Positions 38,181-52,012 of a DNA stretch of 64,000 nucleotides are shown piece after piece; the first letter of the stretch is position 1; the number at the start of each line of letters is the position of its first letter. The notes under the pieces are model-generated. The model had not been told where the DNA came from and made no database searches. It saw only the letters and a program-made list of their open reading frames with translations. Origin of the DNA: Gracilinanus agilis. Lineage: Eukaryota. The translations under genes were made by a program, and so were the position numbers. The stretch covers positions 199,638,463 through 199,702,462 of the forward strand of contig NC_058131.1 in assembly GCF_016433145.1 (NCBI RefSeq). The letters run 5' to 3'.

Positions 38181-40639
38181 CTCATTTCCTAGGGCTGACA
38201 TTCTTTCTATTTTCACCTGGCTAGCTAGCTACTGGGCAGCTTTAATAGCTGAGCAAAAAAATGTGGGGGAGGTATTAGAATGGAATTCTCTCCCACCAGT
38301 TTCCCTTTGATGCTATTTCTAGAAACAAAATCTCAGAGGAAACCTCCCGCAAGCCCTGTGTTTATGGCAGAGACAGAAAGGTAAGGTGGAGACAGAGGTG
38401 AGAGTTCAATGTGTTCTGCTCCCCACCTTCTCACCTCCCCCCACCTCCCCATTAAGGCAGGGGAACTGGTCAGAAGCCATGTCTGTAGCCTAGGAAAGAC
38501 CTTAGAGGAAAAAGGTAGCTAGAATGGAGAGAAGTCCTGAGGGTTTAAACTTAGCCAGCCAGAGGCTGCAGCCCCATTACCACTTTCCCTAGCCTCTGCC
38601 CAATCTGTGGCTTTACGCTGACAGGGGTGACTTAGTTTCTCCTTCAGGACTTCCCTGGGTCTTGAGGAAGCTACTGTATTCTTTACAATGGCCCAGGGCA
38701 AATCTTTGGCCCTCAGTGGGCTAGGTAAGTCTTTAAGAACCCATCCAGCTCTAAATCTATGATTCAATCAGTAATTAATAGCTATTTATTAGTTAATAAA
38801 CATTCACTAAGTATGATCCAATAGTGACAGGAGCAGCGGTGTGGTATAGGAGAAAGAATGCTGGACCCGAAATCAGGAAAATGGTGGGGGTGGAGATAGG
38901 GGTGAGGGTTGACCTTGGGCAAAATCTTAGCACCCCTTCCTCCCAAAAACATGAAGAAAGCAATACCTGTAACACTTCTGACATAGTTTTTGACAATCAC
39001 TCTTCAATAGATAATGCATGTAAAATGTTCTGCAAACCGTAAACTTAAATACTTTAAGAATATCAGTTAGGTTTTGTTTGGTGGCAAATAACAAAAACAT
39101 CTTTAAGATTGCTTCCATCTTCTACAATTTCACAGTTCTTCCAGGATAGTTTTGAAGTGAAATAAAACCAAGTCCCTGATCCATTGGTTAAGGTATTAAT
39201 AAGAAAAACCTGCTTTTCCTTGTAGAAAGCACACATCAGGAATGTGCTTTCTCAGGGGAAAGTCAGTCTGCTCAGACCAGGATCCGAAGCAACATATGGT
39301 TAATGTACCCCAGAGGATGACCCCTTACTAACAAGGACAAGATACATAATGGAATGTCCTACACGCCCATGCTAATGGCACATCTGGCTTCTGTAGGATA
39401 AGGCTTGCTTGCTCTGGTCATTCTGTCCCAGTCAGTAAGACTAGATCTCATTAATGGTATGATTTAAAGCAGGATCATTTTCAACACTGTATAAGCTTGC
39501 TTTACATTTTACATATATGTAACCCTATAAAAACTGTCGGTAACTTCAGCTTTCATTAGGAAAGTCTGCCCTGGCCAGTAAACACATTTATTAATCAATT
39601 GATTGATAAATAAATACCAGTTCCAATAACTGAACTTTGACTGGCTTTATGAAGTATCCCACTTCAATATAATTTTCTTTTCTTCCTCTTCCTTCAAGCA
39701 ACATACATTTAGTAAGCAACTATTCTATTCCTGATACTATGCTACTCGGAAATATAATGACAAAATTAAAGTAATCCCTGCCTTCAAGAAATTCAGTCTA
39801 ACCAGGGAGATAACATCTACACAAATCATTTTCTCATCCACCTCCACTTACTCTGGCTGTCTAAACCATTCCAAGGTTTCCAATCCTTAGAGTCTTCAAG
39901 AGCTGGGACCTTCACTTTTGGAATTAGATGCCCTCTTTCCCTTGTAAAACCCATCCTAAAATGTCAAGTAGAGAGACAGTTTTCCTCTTTTACTCCTTTC
40001 ATTAATGGGGAGGCAATAGTCTACATATCTCATTCTAGTCTTAGGTCTTTTTCTGTTAGTACCTGTGGTGTTTTGGGGGCACCTCCTCCCCTCCCATCCC
40101 TAGCTGGTCCATACAAATCTATTAGTCAAGCCACCAGCACCCACATTTCCATGGACTGCTATCAGGGAGCTCTCCAGTATTTTCCTCCCTTTCTTAGCTC
40201 ATTTCCTCAGAATCCAGCAAGCTAAGTCAATTATTGTGCACTGGAACTTGGGGAGTGTCCTAGTATAATTCACTTTATGATACAAGAATTCCAAAGGAAA
40301 AATCACACAAAGCCAGGAAAATCAGTCTACACTTTGTTAGGGGATTGTACTTACCAGAGACCCCCTTTAGAAAGATTTGCTTCCTTGAACTACTAGCAGC
40401 ATAGCTTGCATTGATATGTCTGTGCTAGGTTTTTGTTCTTAAAATGTTAGTGTGCATGACCCAAACTCTAAGGAGGAAGTGGGTGGAGGAATGTTTACTA
40501 TTCCAAAAAGTGCAGCCAAAGTAAATAACACTTGAAAATGCTAGCCAAGACAATTATACCAGATGGCTGTTGGCCATATACTATCCTTTAACTAAAGTGA
40601 ACTGGTTAGAATGGTCTCAAATTTGTAAGAATACAAACA

Positions 40640-41630
40640 AAGCATTCCCCAACTGATAAATCATCAAAAGATATAAACAGGTAGTTCCTAGATGAATAAA
40701 CTAGAACTATTTTTAGTCATATGAAAAAAAAATGCTCCAAAGCACTATTGACTAGAGAAATTTAAGTTAAAACAACTGAGTTATCTATCACCTCATACCT
40801 CTCAGATTAGCTAATATGACCAAAAAGGAAAAAGATAAATGTTGGAGGGGATGTGGGAAAATTAGGACACTAATACACTATTGGTGGAGTTGTGAATTGA
40901 TCCAATCATTCTGGAGAGCAATATGGAAGCATGCCCAAAGGGCCATAAAACTATGTATAATCTTTGACCTAGGGTCTGTATCCCAGAGGTCAAAGATAGG
41001 GGAAAAGGACCCGCTTGTTCAAAAATAATTTTAGCAGCTCTTTTTGTAGTGGCAAAGAATAGTAAACTAAGGTATGTGTTGTCCATCAACTAGGGAATGG
41101 ATGAACAAAATGCCGTATACAGTGGAAAAGAAGAAATACTATTGCTCCCTAAAAAATTACAAATAAGATGAGTTCAGAAAAACCTGGACTTATATGAATT
41201 GATGCAAAGTGAAATGAGCAGAACTGAGAGAATAATGCATAGTGTAACAAATATTGTTCAATGATCAATGATTAATTGTGAAGGACTAAACTATTATCTG
41301 CAAAACAAGGTCCCAAGGTAACCCCAAGGGACTCATGATAACAAATGCTATATATAACCAAAGAAGGAACTATTAGAATCTGATTGCAAATAAAAGCAAG
41401 CCATTCTTCACTTTATTTCCTTCATGATTTTTTTATTGTATGGGTGATATGTATCTCCTGTCATGGCATAGGGAATATGGAAATATGTATTGCATGAAAA
41501 CATTGGTATAACCAACATCAGACTTATTTTCTGTGGGAGTGGAGAGGGGAAGAGAGAATCTGAATCAAAAGAGGTCTGAAAACAATTGTCAAAAATGGTT
41601 TCTACATGTAATTGAAAAATAAAAAAAAGT
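40640..41630 (+). mobile_element. Older L1 3' fragment
   Basis: ORF 40816-41028 KCWRGCGKIRTLIHYWWSCELIQSFW, followed by L1 3' UTR. Confidence 0.9.
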
Positions 41631-41757
41631 GAATTGGTTTGACATATAGATATTGCTTTTAACTGCAACTATGATTCATTTAACCCCCCTGCAAAAAAAA
41701 AAATGCAATCACAAAAGCAAACTTAATAAGCTCTAATTTTGCAAGAGGTTCCCTGGT

Positions 41758-41945
41758 GGGGTCAGCTGAGTAGCTCAGTGGATTGAGAATCAGGCCTAGA
41801 GACGGGAGGTCTAGGTTCAAATCTGGCCTCAGACACTTCCCAGCTGTGTGACCCTGGGCAAGTCACTTGACCCCCATCTCCCACCCTTACCACTTTTCCA
41901 CCAAGGAGCCAATACACAGAAGTTAAGGCTTTAAAGAAAAAAAAA
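41758..41945 (+). mobile_element. Young SINE1_Mdo-like SINE
   Basis: 15-bp TSD aagaggttccctggt at 41743-41757 and 41946-41960. Confidence 0.95.
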
Positions 41946-43329
41946 AAGAGGTTCCCTGGTAACCATCACTTATATTATCTGTGGGAAAGACTCCACTGTA
42001 CATGGCTTTATTTCACAATTCATGCTCATAGTGCCCTTTTCTTTTTGGGATCATTGCTTAACTTTGCATTTACTTATCTATTTGTAAATCATCTGTTCCC
42101 CAATAAAATGAAAACTGAGGTCAGAGACTGGTTTGCCTTTTTTTTTTTTCCTGAGGAGGAGGGAGATCTCTATATTTTTTAGTGACCTAGCAGAAGGCCT
42201 TGAAGTAATATAGAATATACTTAACAAAATGGTGTTGAGAACCTTGTTTTATATAAGAAACTCCAAATTGACTCTTGTCCTTGATAACCTGTCTTCAAGA
42301 AACCCCTGGACTGACCCTTATCACCAAATAAACAATAAACCCTCCAGCATCCATTGATCACCCTAGATAGATTTAACAGATATATTAAAATCTTAAGCAT
42401 CTTTTTTGTCTTCTCCATTTCTCTAATTGTATCTAGTCCCCTCCCAGGTATCCTAGCCTCTGGTTACATCCTCTTTCCCAAGCCTTACATAACTAGTCTA
42501 TTGTTTTTTCTTGCCAATACTCCCTAAAGCAAATGACCTGAAGTTCTTTTAGTTTGGCAGAAATTCTCATTATTAGTGTCTTTCCCACAGTGATGGAGTG
42601 ATGTAGCTCTTACTAGGAAAGTATGTTGTCCTGTTTGAGATTTTGAGTTAACAATAAAATATACTCAAACACATAACCTAGAAAACCCTTCTCTGCACTT
42701 CAGTGTATATCTTTGGTAGATTTAAATAAGCTAATAAAGTACCTTTTGAAACTAAACAGTACCATGTAGATGCAAATTATGATTATTAGACCAGATTATG
42801 TTTCAAAGATCCTACATAAACTCCTGAGAGAAGAGATCAGCTTGTTTGTTTTGGACAGTATATCCCCAACAAGGTGATTTATAGTGGGAACTTACTGGAA
42901 AGCTTAAGTCGAAAAAAAAAGGATCTCTTGATTTCAATGACGGGTTACCCTTTCTCGCTCCCTCACCCGCCCAAAAGCATATCACTAGTCCCAACCTTCA
43001 GGCCATGGTGTTCATAGTTGGGACTGAGAAAGGCATCATGCCGAAGCTAGCATGAGCATGAGTTCCTAACTCTGCTAGGATGGATTTCCGACTCCAGCCA
43101 TTCTGACCATCACCAGCTTGTATCTGAAGTCTTTCCAGCTGGGTGGCACCTGCCAGATTACTTACTCTAAGATTCCTTCCTCCCACTTTCAATTTCCCCT
43201 CCCCCAAGATGAAGTATCAGAGAAAGACTGGGGGCAACCCTGAGCCCCTGCAGCTGAGTAGGTATTCCATTCCCCTTGACTTTCATGATGGGCAGAAAAG
43301 AGATGCCAGTGACCATGGAAAGAGCCACC

Positions 43330-46017
43330 ATGGCANNNNNNNNNNNNNNNNNNNNNNNNNNNNNNNNNNNNNNNNNNNNNNNNNNNNNNNNNNNNNNNNN
43401 NNNNNNNNNNNNNNNNNNNNNNNNNNNNNNNNNNNNNNNNNNNNNNNNNNNNNNNNNNNNNNNNNNNNNNNNNNNNNNNNNNNNNNNNNNNNNNNNNNNN
43501 NNNNNNNNNNNNNNNNNNNNNNNNNNNNNNNNNNNNNNNNNNNNNNNNNNNNNNNNNNNNNNNNNNNNNNNNNNNNNNNNNNNNNNNNNNNNNNNNNNNN
43601 NNNNNNNNNNNNNNNNNNNNNNNNNNNNNNNNNNNNNNNNNNNNNNNNNCTCACAATAATTCCATATGAAAGGTCAGCATTCTAATATGTGACACTTTTT
43701 TTTTTGTGATCCCTATATAATAGTCACAGATAACTTTTGATTTGATATTATGTACCAACATCAGATGAGCAGCAGATTTGTGCTTAAAATCCCTTTCCAT
43801 TGTACATAGGTGATAACAATAAGAATCCAAAACTGATACTATCTATTACTCTACCGAAAGCATTACTATATTGGCAAAGAAGCGGCAGACACAATGCAGT
43901 GGAGAAATGCATATGCCATTATGAACAATGAAAGCCCTAAAAGGAGGCTAGGGCCAAAGTACAATATATATGGCATAAGGTGAACGACAAGCACCTTGCT
44001 TCAGCTCTCAAAAAGGCAATTCTGAGCATGGCAGCTACAACTAAGAAGCACAACAGAAAGAGGGCGCTGTACAGAGAAGATACTGCAGAGCCCCAAAGTA
44101 ATNNNNNNNNNNNNNNNNNNNNNNNNNNNNNNNNNNNNNNNNNNNNNNNNNNNNNNNNNNNNNNNNNNNNNNNNNNNNNNNNNNNNNNNNNNNNNNNNNN
44201 NNNNNNNNNNNNNNNNNNNNNNNNNNNNNNNNNNNNNNNNNNNNNNNNNNNNNNNNNNCCCTGTAGCCTCCCTTAGCAATATTACTGGATGGGCCGCCGT
44301 GGCCTCCACTATAATTTGTTCAGATCCAGTGTCACAAGGCTAATGACACGAGAAATTGCACACCTCCGTATGGATATATAGGACAAGGTAAGTGCAAATA
44401 GTCAACTGGCACATTGTGGGGACAATGACCCTGTAAGTCCTGTTCTGCTAAAAATATTTTTTTTTTTTACAAAACCCATCTTTTTTTTTTTTCAATAACA
44501 AAATTTTTTAAAGTACTTTTGTACTTTCTGCATAACATCAAGACATGGAAGGAAAAGATATGCTAGCAAACATAAATCAGTTCAACATCTGAAAACACAA
44601 CACATCATTAGAATTACTCCTCTAAAAGGAAAAAAAATAATAACCCGCCAAATATAAGAAAAAGTGGTCTTATGCATACATATAGTGCAGTCATTGGGAA
44701 GGAAAGAATAAAGTCTGGAAGGTACAAATAAGTCTTACAATGATCCAGTGGAAAGCAAAAAAAAGTGCCCAAGTATATTTAATTACATTAAAAATCTGAT
44801 TGCATTCCTTCTTAGGTTAGAATAATAATAGAACAAACAAAGCATTGTGAATGCTGTAGGAACAACTGTTCACCAACCAAAGGTAGAACATGAAGCATCA
44901 TTTAAAAAGTCTTAAGAATGGGATAGCGAGTGCTTATTCAAAGCCAAAGGGGGAAGAAGGGAAGGAAACAACCACCCCATAATTCTTACTGAACTGCATT
45001 CCTACCCAAACTGGCCATGAATTCAGTCCAGTAATTCGAGTTGTCACTAAGGATTTATGTTCATTCAGAAAGGAAAGAGGCAAAAGAAAAAAAGGGAAAG
45101 GAGAGAGCAATTTTCAAATTATTGTCTTGTAGCTCAAATTGATAACACGCAAATTTTGAAAGATGAACAACATAGCAAATTACCGACAGTTCAGAGGGGT
45201 ACTGAATGCTGCTGCAGGGGAGATAAGAGAGTGTGGCTCCAGAAGTTTGCTTTTTGTTTTTTGTTTATTATTTTTTTTTTTTTGCAAATAAAAAGAAATC
45301 TTCAGGTTGTCCCCCTCTGAAAAGTTCCTGTCTTAATGGAAGTTTCCATATTCATACCATGTAATGCTTAAAAGTTAATTTAAAAGTGCTGTTTAAGCTG
45401 CTTTGAATCTTCTGTCAAGTTTCCATGGCTTGATGTTGTCTTACAATAAACCACCCATTTCTTGTATCTTACATCTAATCCATGCCATTTCCTTGGAATC
45501 CAAAAAACCTCATTTTATTGCCCCCACCACACACCATCCTCTGAAAACAAAGATCACATAATATTTTCAAGCATTGTTCAAAAATAAAGCATTTTTGCAA
45601 CCAATTCTTGCTATGAAACAATACACACACAAAATGTATTTCTTAAATTCCATAAAATCCTCCAACATGAGGAAAAATGATAGTGTTTAAAAAGTGGCTG
45701 CAGGGCCGCAACATTGTCATTCAAAGCTGTTTTCGTCCATTTCAGTTCAAAATACTAAAACATTTAATCACTAAAGCATTAAAAAGAATTTACACTCTAT
45801 TTATTTTGATCAGCTTACCTCTTCAGAAATATATATACCCCAAAAATGTGCATACATTAGCAGCTATAAACATTACATGGCATATCACACTATGTCAGCT
45901 TATATGAAAACGTACAAAATGTGAATGTATTCAAAAAACTAGTCTGCAGTTACTATCTTTAAAGCAAGACATAAAATCATCATGAAGTCTTGTAAGCATA
46001 ACACTGTTTCCAACAGA
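43330..46017 (-). other. MYT1L: MYT1L 3' UTR, interrupted by N gaps 44103-44258 and 43336-43649
   Basis: Repeat-free AT-rich stretch directly after the last intron. 45700-46017 resembles the MYT1L proximal 3' UTR as recalled. The distal end is approximate. Confidence 0.7.
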
Positions 46018-46298
46018 NNNNNNNNNNNNNNNNNNNNNNNNNNNNNNNNNNNNNNNNNNNNNNNNNNNNNNNNNNNNNNNNNNNNNNNNNNNNNNNNNNN
46101 NNNNNNNNNNNNNNNNNNNNNNNNNNNNNNNNNNNNNNNNNNNNNNNNNNNNNNNNNNNNNNNNNNNNNNNNNNNNNNNNNNNNNNNNNNNNNNNNNNNN
46201 NNNNNNNNNNNNNNNNNNNNNNNNNNNNNNNNNNNNNNNNNNNNNNNNNNNNNNNNNNNNNNNNNNNNNNNNNNNNNNNNNNNNNNNNNNNNNNNNNN
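46018..46298 (-). other. MYT1L: Assembly gap (281 N) inferred to contain the MYT1L terminal coding segment and stop codon
   Basis: The expected DPINEQNF...RGIQV* is not found in sequenced bases between 46607 and the UTR. UTR-like sequence begins right at the gap's lower edge. Confidence 0.75.
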
Positions 46299-46598
46299 CA
46301 ACTTTTATATTCTTAACAGTATATTCATATAAGCATAAAATACTATAATAGCTTATCGCCACCATTTTATAATATTTAAAATGCCTATTTAGAGCATACT
46401 TAATTTTACAGGATACATTGGAACAGACCCACCATGTCTTTTTTTTTTGGGGGGGGTGATTACATTTATTGTTATAGTTTCAGGGTTGTAACCACCACCA
46501 TCCAACGGGTTGAGGAACCATAAACACACAAAAAAAGAGACATCTACTGTATGGTGTGAACTGAGGACGACCGCCAAATTCCTTAACTTTTGCTCTCA

Positions 46599-46751
<153 letters not shown>

Positions 46752-48888
46752 CTAAAATGCACAAATTTGTGTAACATGTAATATAAGGCAAGTTGAAAGG
46801 ACGCAAGCACTCTTTGAAGTGGGTGAAAACAGTGATATTGGATGGAAGTGGGGGAGTGGGGGAGGAACTTCATTGCATTAAATCATAAAGAGGTATCATT
46901 TTAAGGGTTTGTGGCAATTAGAGAACAGTTCTATCATTTGTCTTCATTGGCTTGTCTTTTATGAAGAATTGTTTCACTAGGACTAGGTAAATTGCTGGGG
47001 GTGGGGTTGATCAAATTTTTATTGCTAGCTAGTAAAACAAATTATGTGGATTTCTCAGATGAAGAGTTTGGCCTGTCTCAATTAATCAGGTTGGCAATAC
47101 TGTTAAAAATCACAAAGACCTTTCTGTGGTTATTTATCTAACAACTCAGAGAAGACTCCAGGAGGGGGTGAATGATGGATAAAAGGTCCCAATTCAAGGG
47201 CAATTTACAATTTGGTTACTTCCTTATCTCTTAGGATGTTGGAGGATGTCAGAGGAATGCTTCTCTTGTATGTTTTATCTTACTTCCTTGTACCTTGAAC
47301 CTAAAAAATTTACTACAAACTTCAAATCTAAAGTTGTAACAGGAAAGGTGGGGGAAGGGATTTGGGGATTAGGAACTCTTAAAATATCAATTGCTCCAAC
47401 TTAACTGATTTGTATTCCTGAGACAAAAAGCCAGTAGTACCACCTTTCATGAAAGGAATTAAAACTTGGCCCTTCCACGCTTGTTTCCTGACTGCAGTTT
47501 GTTTTGTAAGTAGGTAGTTCTTTGCTCAAATTTATATTCCACACAGTGGGAACGAACAATGGATTTGCCATTTAAGTTTTATATTGGTAACCTTTTCTTT
47601 TTTTTAAAGTATGTTGCATGCTAGGCATGGGTTTAACAGAATCAGTTAGCAAACTGTCTAAATGTTTGACCGACTAGCTGTTATATAATATTTGCACTTC
47701 TGGATCTTGAATTTAAATTTACAAAGGAATCCTAAAATTGCCAATTCAATTCTGTTGGACTTACTGTGCCCTTAAAAAATCTTAGAGCGATAGATTGTGA
47801 TAATTCTAACACCAGCCTGCTGTTTGTGCCTAGTTCATAATGACCTCAATCTACCCTCAGACACTCTAAGTCCTCTTGAAAGAAACACTTCCATTTTGGT
47901 GATGCATTGGCCCAATACTCTATAAATGTTAAGCAATAGACTTAGAACTTCCAGCTATTATATGATAGTTCCCCTACCAAACATGATCACAGTTGTCTGA
48001 GGCATCCTATGCCATGCCCTGGACATAAGCATTGATTTAATAGGATCTTAGAAAACTAGATTTAAGGCTGTAAAGGTCTTTTGACAACATTTAGTATAAC
48101 CTCTTCATTTATAGATGAGTTCTAGAGAAGTGAAATTACTTTTTTCAAGGTCACACAAATAATACATTTTAAGACTTAGGATATGAAGCCAGAAGCTCTG
48201 ATTTCAGATTCATTGTTCTTTTTATTGGTCCCTGTCTGCTAGAAGAGCAGATAAAATAGTGAAACATGGAAAGACAGAAAAGAATGGAGAGTAATAGTGA
48301 TTGAGTGGATTGTGTGTGATCTTGAGAAAATCACTTAATGTCTTTAAGCCTCAGTTTCTACATCTCTAAAATAAGAGTGTTAGACTGTATGGCTCCTAAG
48401 ACTCTTTCTGGGTCTTAAGTCCTAGAGTTTCTAAATGTAAGATATGTCAACTTTCAGTCATTATAGAATATATTTGCTACTCGCCATTTGCCCTTTTCAT
48501 GTATCTAACACTTTTCTACTTTCATTTCACTATTTTTCCCCTTGAATCCTCTTTCTGTTCCTCTACTCTCCTTCTTCTTTTCCACTATATTGGAGCTTCC
48601 ATTTTAGGTTTTTCTTGTATCTCATTCTACTTCTGTACCCCCTCCAACCCTGATCTCCAAAATCCTATGTGAAGATACTGGCCTGGTTAGAACCACAAAT
48701 TGCTTTCTGTCCCTATTTTTCAAAATCTGTGTTTTCTTAAATTCAGTCTGTTGCATGTTAGTCTCAATTTGAAAAAACACCATCAATAACAGTATGTTAT
48801 CTGTTTGTAATTTGGTCCTAAATGCCACCGGCTATTTGCTAAAATTTACTATCATCTTTATCGTGACTTAGTAAAATACAAATATATC

Positions 48889-49069
48889 GGGGCAGCTGGG
48901 TAGCTCAGTAGATTGAAAGCCAGGCCTAGAGATGAGAGGTCCTAGGTTCAAATCCAGCCTCAGACACTTCCCAGCTGTGTGACCCTGGGCAAGTCACTTG
49001 ACCCCCATCTCCCACCCTTACCACTCTTCCACCAAGGAGCCAATACACAGAAGTTAAGAAAAAAGAAAA
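48889..49069 (+). mobile_element. Young SINE1_Mdo-like SINE in a MYT1L intron
   Basis: 16-bp TSD aaaatacaaatatatc at 48873-48888 and 49070-49085. Confidence 0.95.
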
Positions 49070-51832
49070 AAAATACAAATATATCTTCTAATCTACCAAA
49101 CCAAAAAAACCTTTCCATGCAGCTCATATCTCTCTGTTCCTTCTTCCATTAAAGTTTGGAAACTTCCCAATTCATTTGTTGAATGGAGATCATTTAAAAG
49201 TCAACTCTTTTGCATAAATTGGTACCATCAATACCAGATATCAATGAGATATTATGATTCTAATTTACACAATCAAATATATGAATCATTTATATTTATC
49301 AGATTCTTTCTACATGTTCAAATCCTACCAATCCTTCCAAATATTATTTGTGTACCCCTTCCTTTCAGAAGTCATCCTTGATTGGATCTTTCCTTGTCCT
49401 GATCTCTTAATAATGTAGTCCAAAATATGCAAGTTTAATTACATTCTATCCTGCGCTTCATCAGAAAAAACACTGGAGCTGGGATCAGGAGACCTGAGCT
49501 CACATTCCAGGTTCAACTCTAACTGAGCTTAAGCAATTCATCTAATTTCCCTAAATCTCAGTTTTCTTATCTTGAAAAATGGGGGTAGTGATTTTGTTTG
49601 CCTTATCTAGGATAGGGATTTATTTTGGGAGAACCTCTTAAAACCTTAAAGCATTAAATATATGTATTGTTACTGATCTCCTTTGGTTAGGACCTGTGGA
49701 GACTAAAGCAGGGACTCCCATCACCAATGCTGAACAGCACCTTACCTGTGCTTTATAGTCTCAGAGAGTTGTCTGGGGGCCCTGAGTGATTAGGTAACTG
49801 GGGGAAGGGAGGGGGAATAACCTCTTTAAAAGGCTGTACTATGTGCCAGACTCTAGGCTAAGTGTTTGTTATGAGGAAGGTCTTGAAGGAAGTCTTCTTG
49901 ACCCTGACACTGGCCTTTTGTCTAATGCCAATTCTGTTATTATTCTGAGGAATAATTATTCTTTGTTACTTGCTTCTCCCATAGAATAGAATTATAAACT
50001 CCTTTTGGGACTGAGTTCAGTAAATAACTTCAGCACATACTTAGGTTGCCAGATATTTATTGATTGGTTGCCACCAGGCAACATTTTATAGATGTATATG
50101 TAAACACCTTACAACTAGGTTTTTGAGGTAGGGATGTAATCATGCCCATTTAACAAATGAGGAAACTGGAACTCCCAGAGAGGTGGTGACTTGCTGGGTG
50201 TCACACAGCTAATAAACTGCCTCTAACCAGGATTAGAACTGGATCTTCTTGAAGCCCAGTCCAGCACTTGGCTCACAGATCACGTTACATCTCCAACATG
50301 AGGGTGAGTTGGATGTTATGAAAAACAGGTTGTTGAGAGAACTTTACCAAGAGTTACTGAACATTCAGTTGAAAACTTGCTTCCCTCCCACCTTAACTAC
50401 TATGCTTTTCCATTAAAAAAAAAACAACAAAATCTTTGGGAACTAGTTTTATTTTTTTACCTTGATTCTATTTTGAAGAAATCTGTTTGAGGATTCCATT
50501 CTTGCAAAAATCTCCCACATCTTTCTTAGTGGTGTAACAAGGTCATGGTCATGAATGAATGTAAAACATGAATTTAACAATAAATAGAATCTCAGCTTCC
50601 CTAGCAAAGCTAAGACCCTGAATGAAGGAGATATTTCTTTTTTTGGGGGGGGGGGACACAGAAAATAGGAAGGCAGTGTCCTAAGTGGAAGAAAATATGT
50701 TTAGACAGAAACTGAGGGCTACCAGCAGGCCTCCCCCCCTTCCCTCTTGTGACTAAGAAATGTTTTGTTGTTCAAGTACAGCTCTGCAAAGACAGAGATA
50801 AGAAACCAGACTTCTGAGGATAAGAAACCAGACATCCTTGAAAGATAAGTTGGTGGTATAAGATATTAGACCACACTCCCTGCTGTACACCTGCATCCTT
50901 CAAGGGCAACAGTTTTCCTTGACACACTAATAGAACCATGATTTACAACTGAACTGAATTTCTATACTTAACTCATTATATGGACCATCTAAATTTCTGA
51001 ATTAGGTTCAGAGACAAAAAAATTATCATTTAGAGGACAAAATCAATTAGTTGTAAATAAGATCAATTTTTTAAAAGACACAGATCCAAACTGATTATTT
51101 CAGTGGCATAACAGGCACAACTCCAAGGCATTTGCTTGTAATTTTCCTCAGATCTGCCTTCTTATTGCTGTTAGCTATAGTTGTATACTACATTCTTTGA
51201 GTCTATAGTTGAGGATCATGTAGGTGGTATAGTGGATATATCGATCAAAGAACTTAAAGTCATGAAGATCTGAGTTAAAATCCTGTTTAGTTAAAATCCT
51301 TACTAGTTGTATGGCCCTGGAAGAGTCATTTAAGCTTTGTCTGCCTCAGTTTCCTCAACTGTAGAATTGGTCTAATAATAGCATCTACCTTACAAGATGT
51401 GAAGATCAAATGAGATGACACTTAAATTGATTTAGAAACTTTAACAGACTATGTAATGGCTACCCGTTACTATTATTAGGTATAACTCATAATATAATGG
51501 CAGTTTTCAGAGTTCCCTTTGTTGGCTCCACTAGTAAAAGAGAAATGTATACCTAGCACAAAAACCCACTGGGAGTTACTAGCTATGATATAAGAGCTTA
51601 TAAATGACAGAAATTCTGCTTTTCATGATTTATAAATATCCCAGTCTTCTATGGCAAAATGGCCCATGAAGCACAAAATGATAATCCAGATTAAATGTTT
51701 GAAAACTCAGAATGTAATGTTTCTGTAATTCACCTAGCTGTGTATCTAGTTCTTGATCTTTGGCTTCCTTCAAATCATAATCCTAAAACCTTATCCCTTT
51801 CTCTCTCCCATACTAATATGAATTAAAAAAAA

Positions 51833-52012
51833 AAAACTCTTACCATCTGTCTTAGAATCAATACTCCATATTGATTCTAAGGCAGAAGAGTGGTAAGGGC
51901 TAGGCAATGGGGGTTAAGTGACTTGCCCAGGGTCACACAGCTACAAAGTGTCTGAGGCCAGAATTGAACCCAGGACTTCCCATCTCTGGGCCTAAATCTC
52001 AATCCACTGGGC
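51833..52012 (-). mobile_element. Opossum SINE
   Basis: Reverse SINE body. Confidence 0.85.

Noticed and set aside
43143-46365. Long ORF-track entries containing X runs
   Set aside because: Artefacts of translating through N gaps
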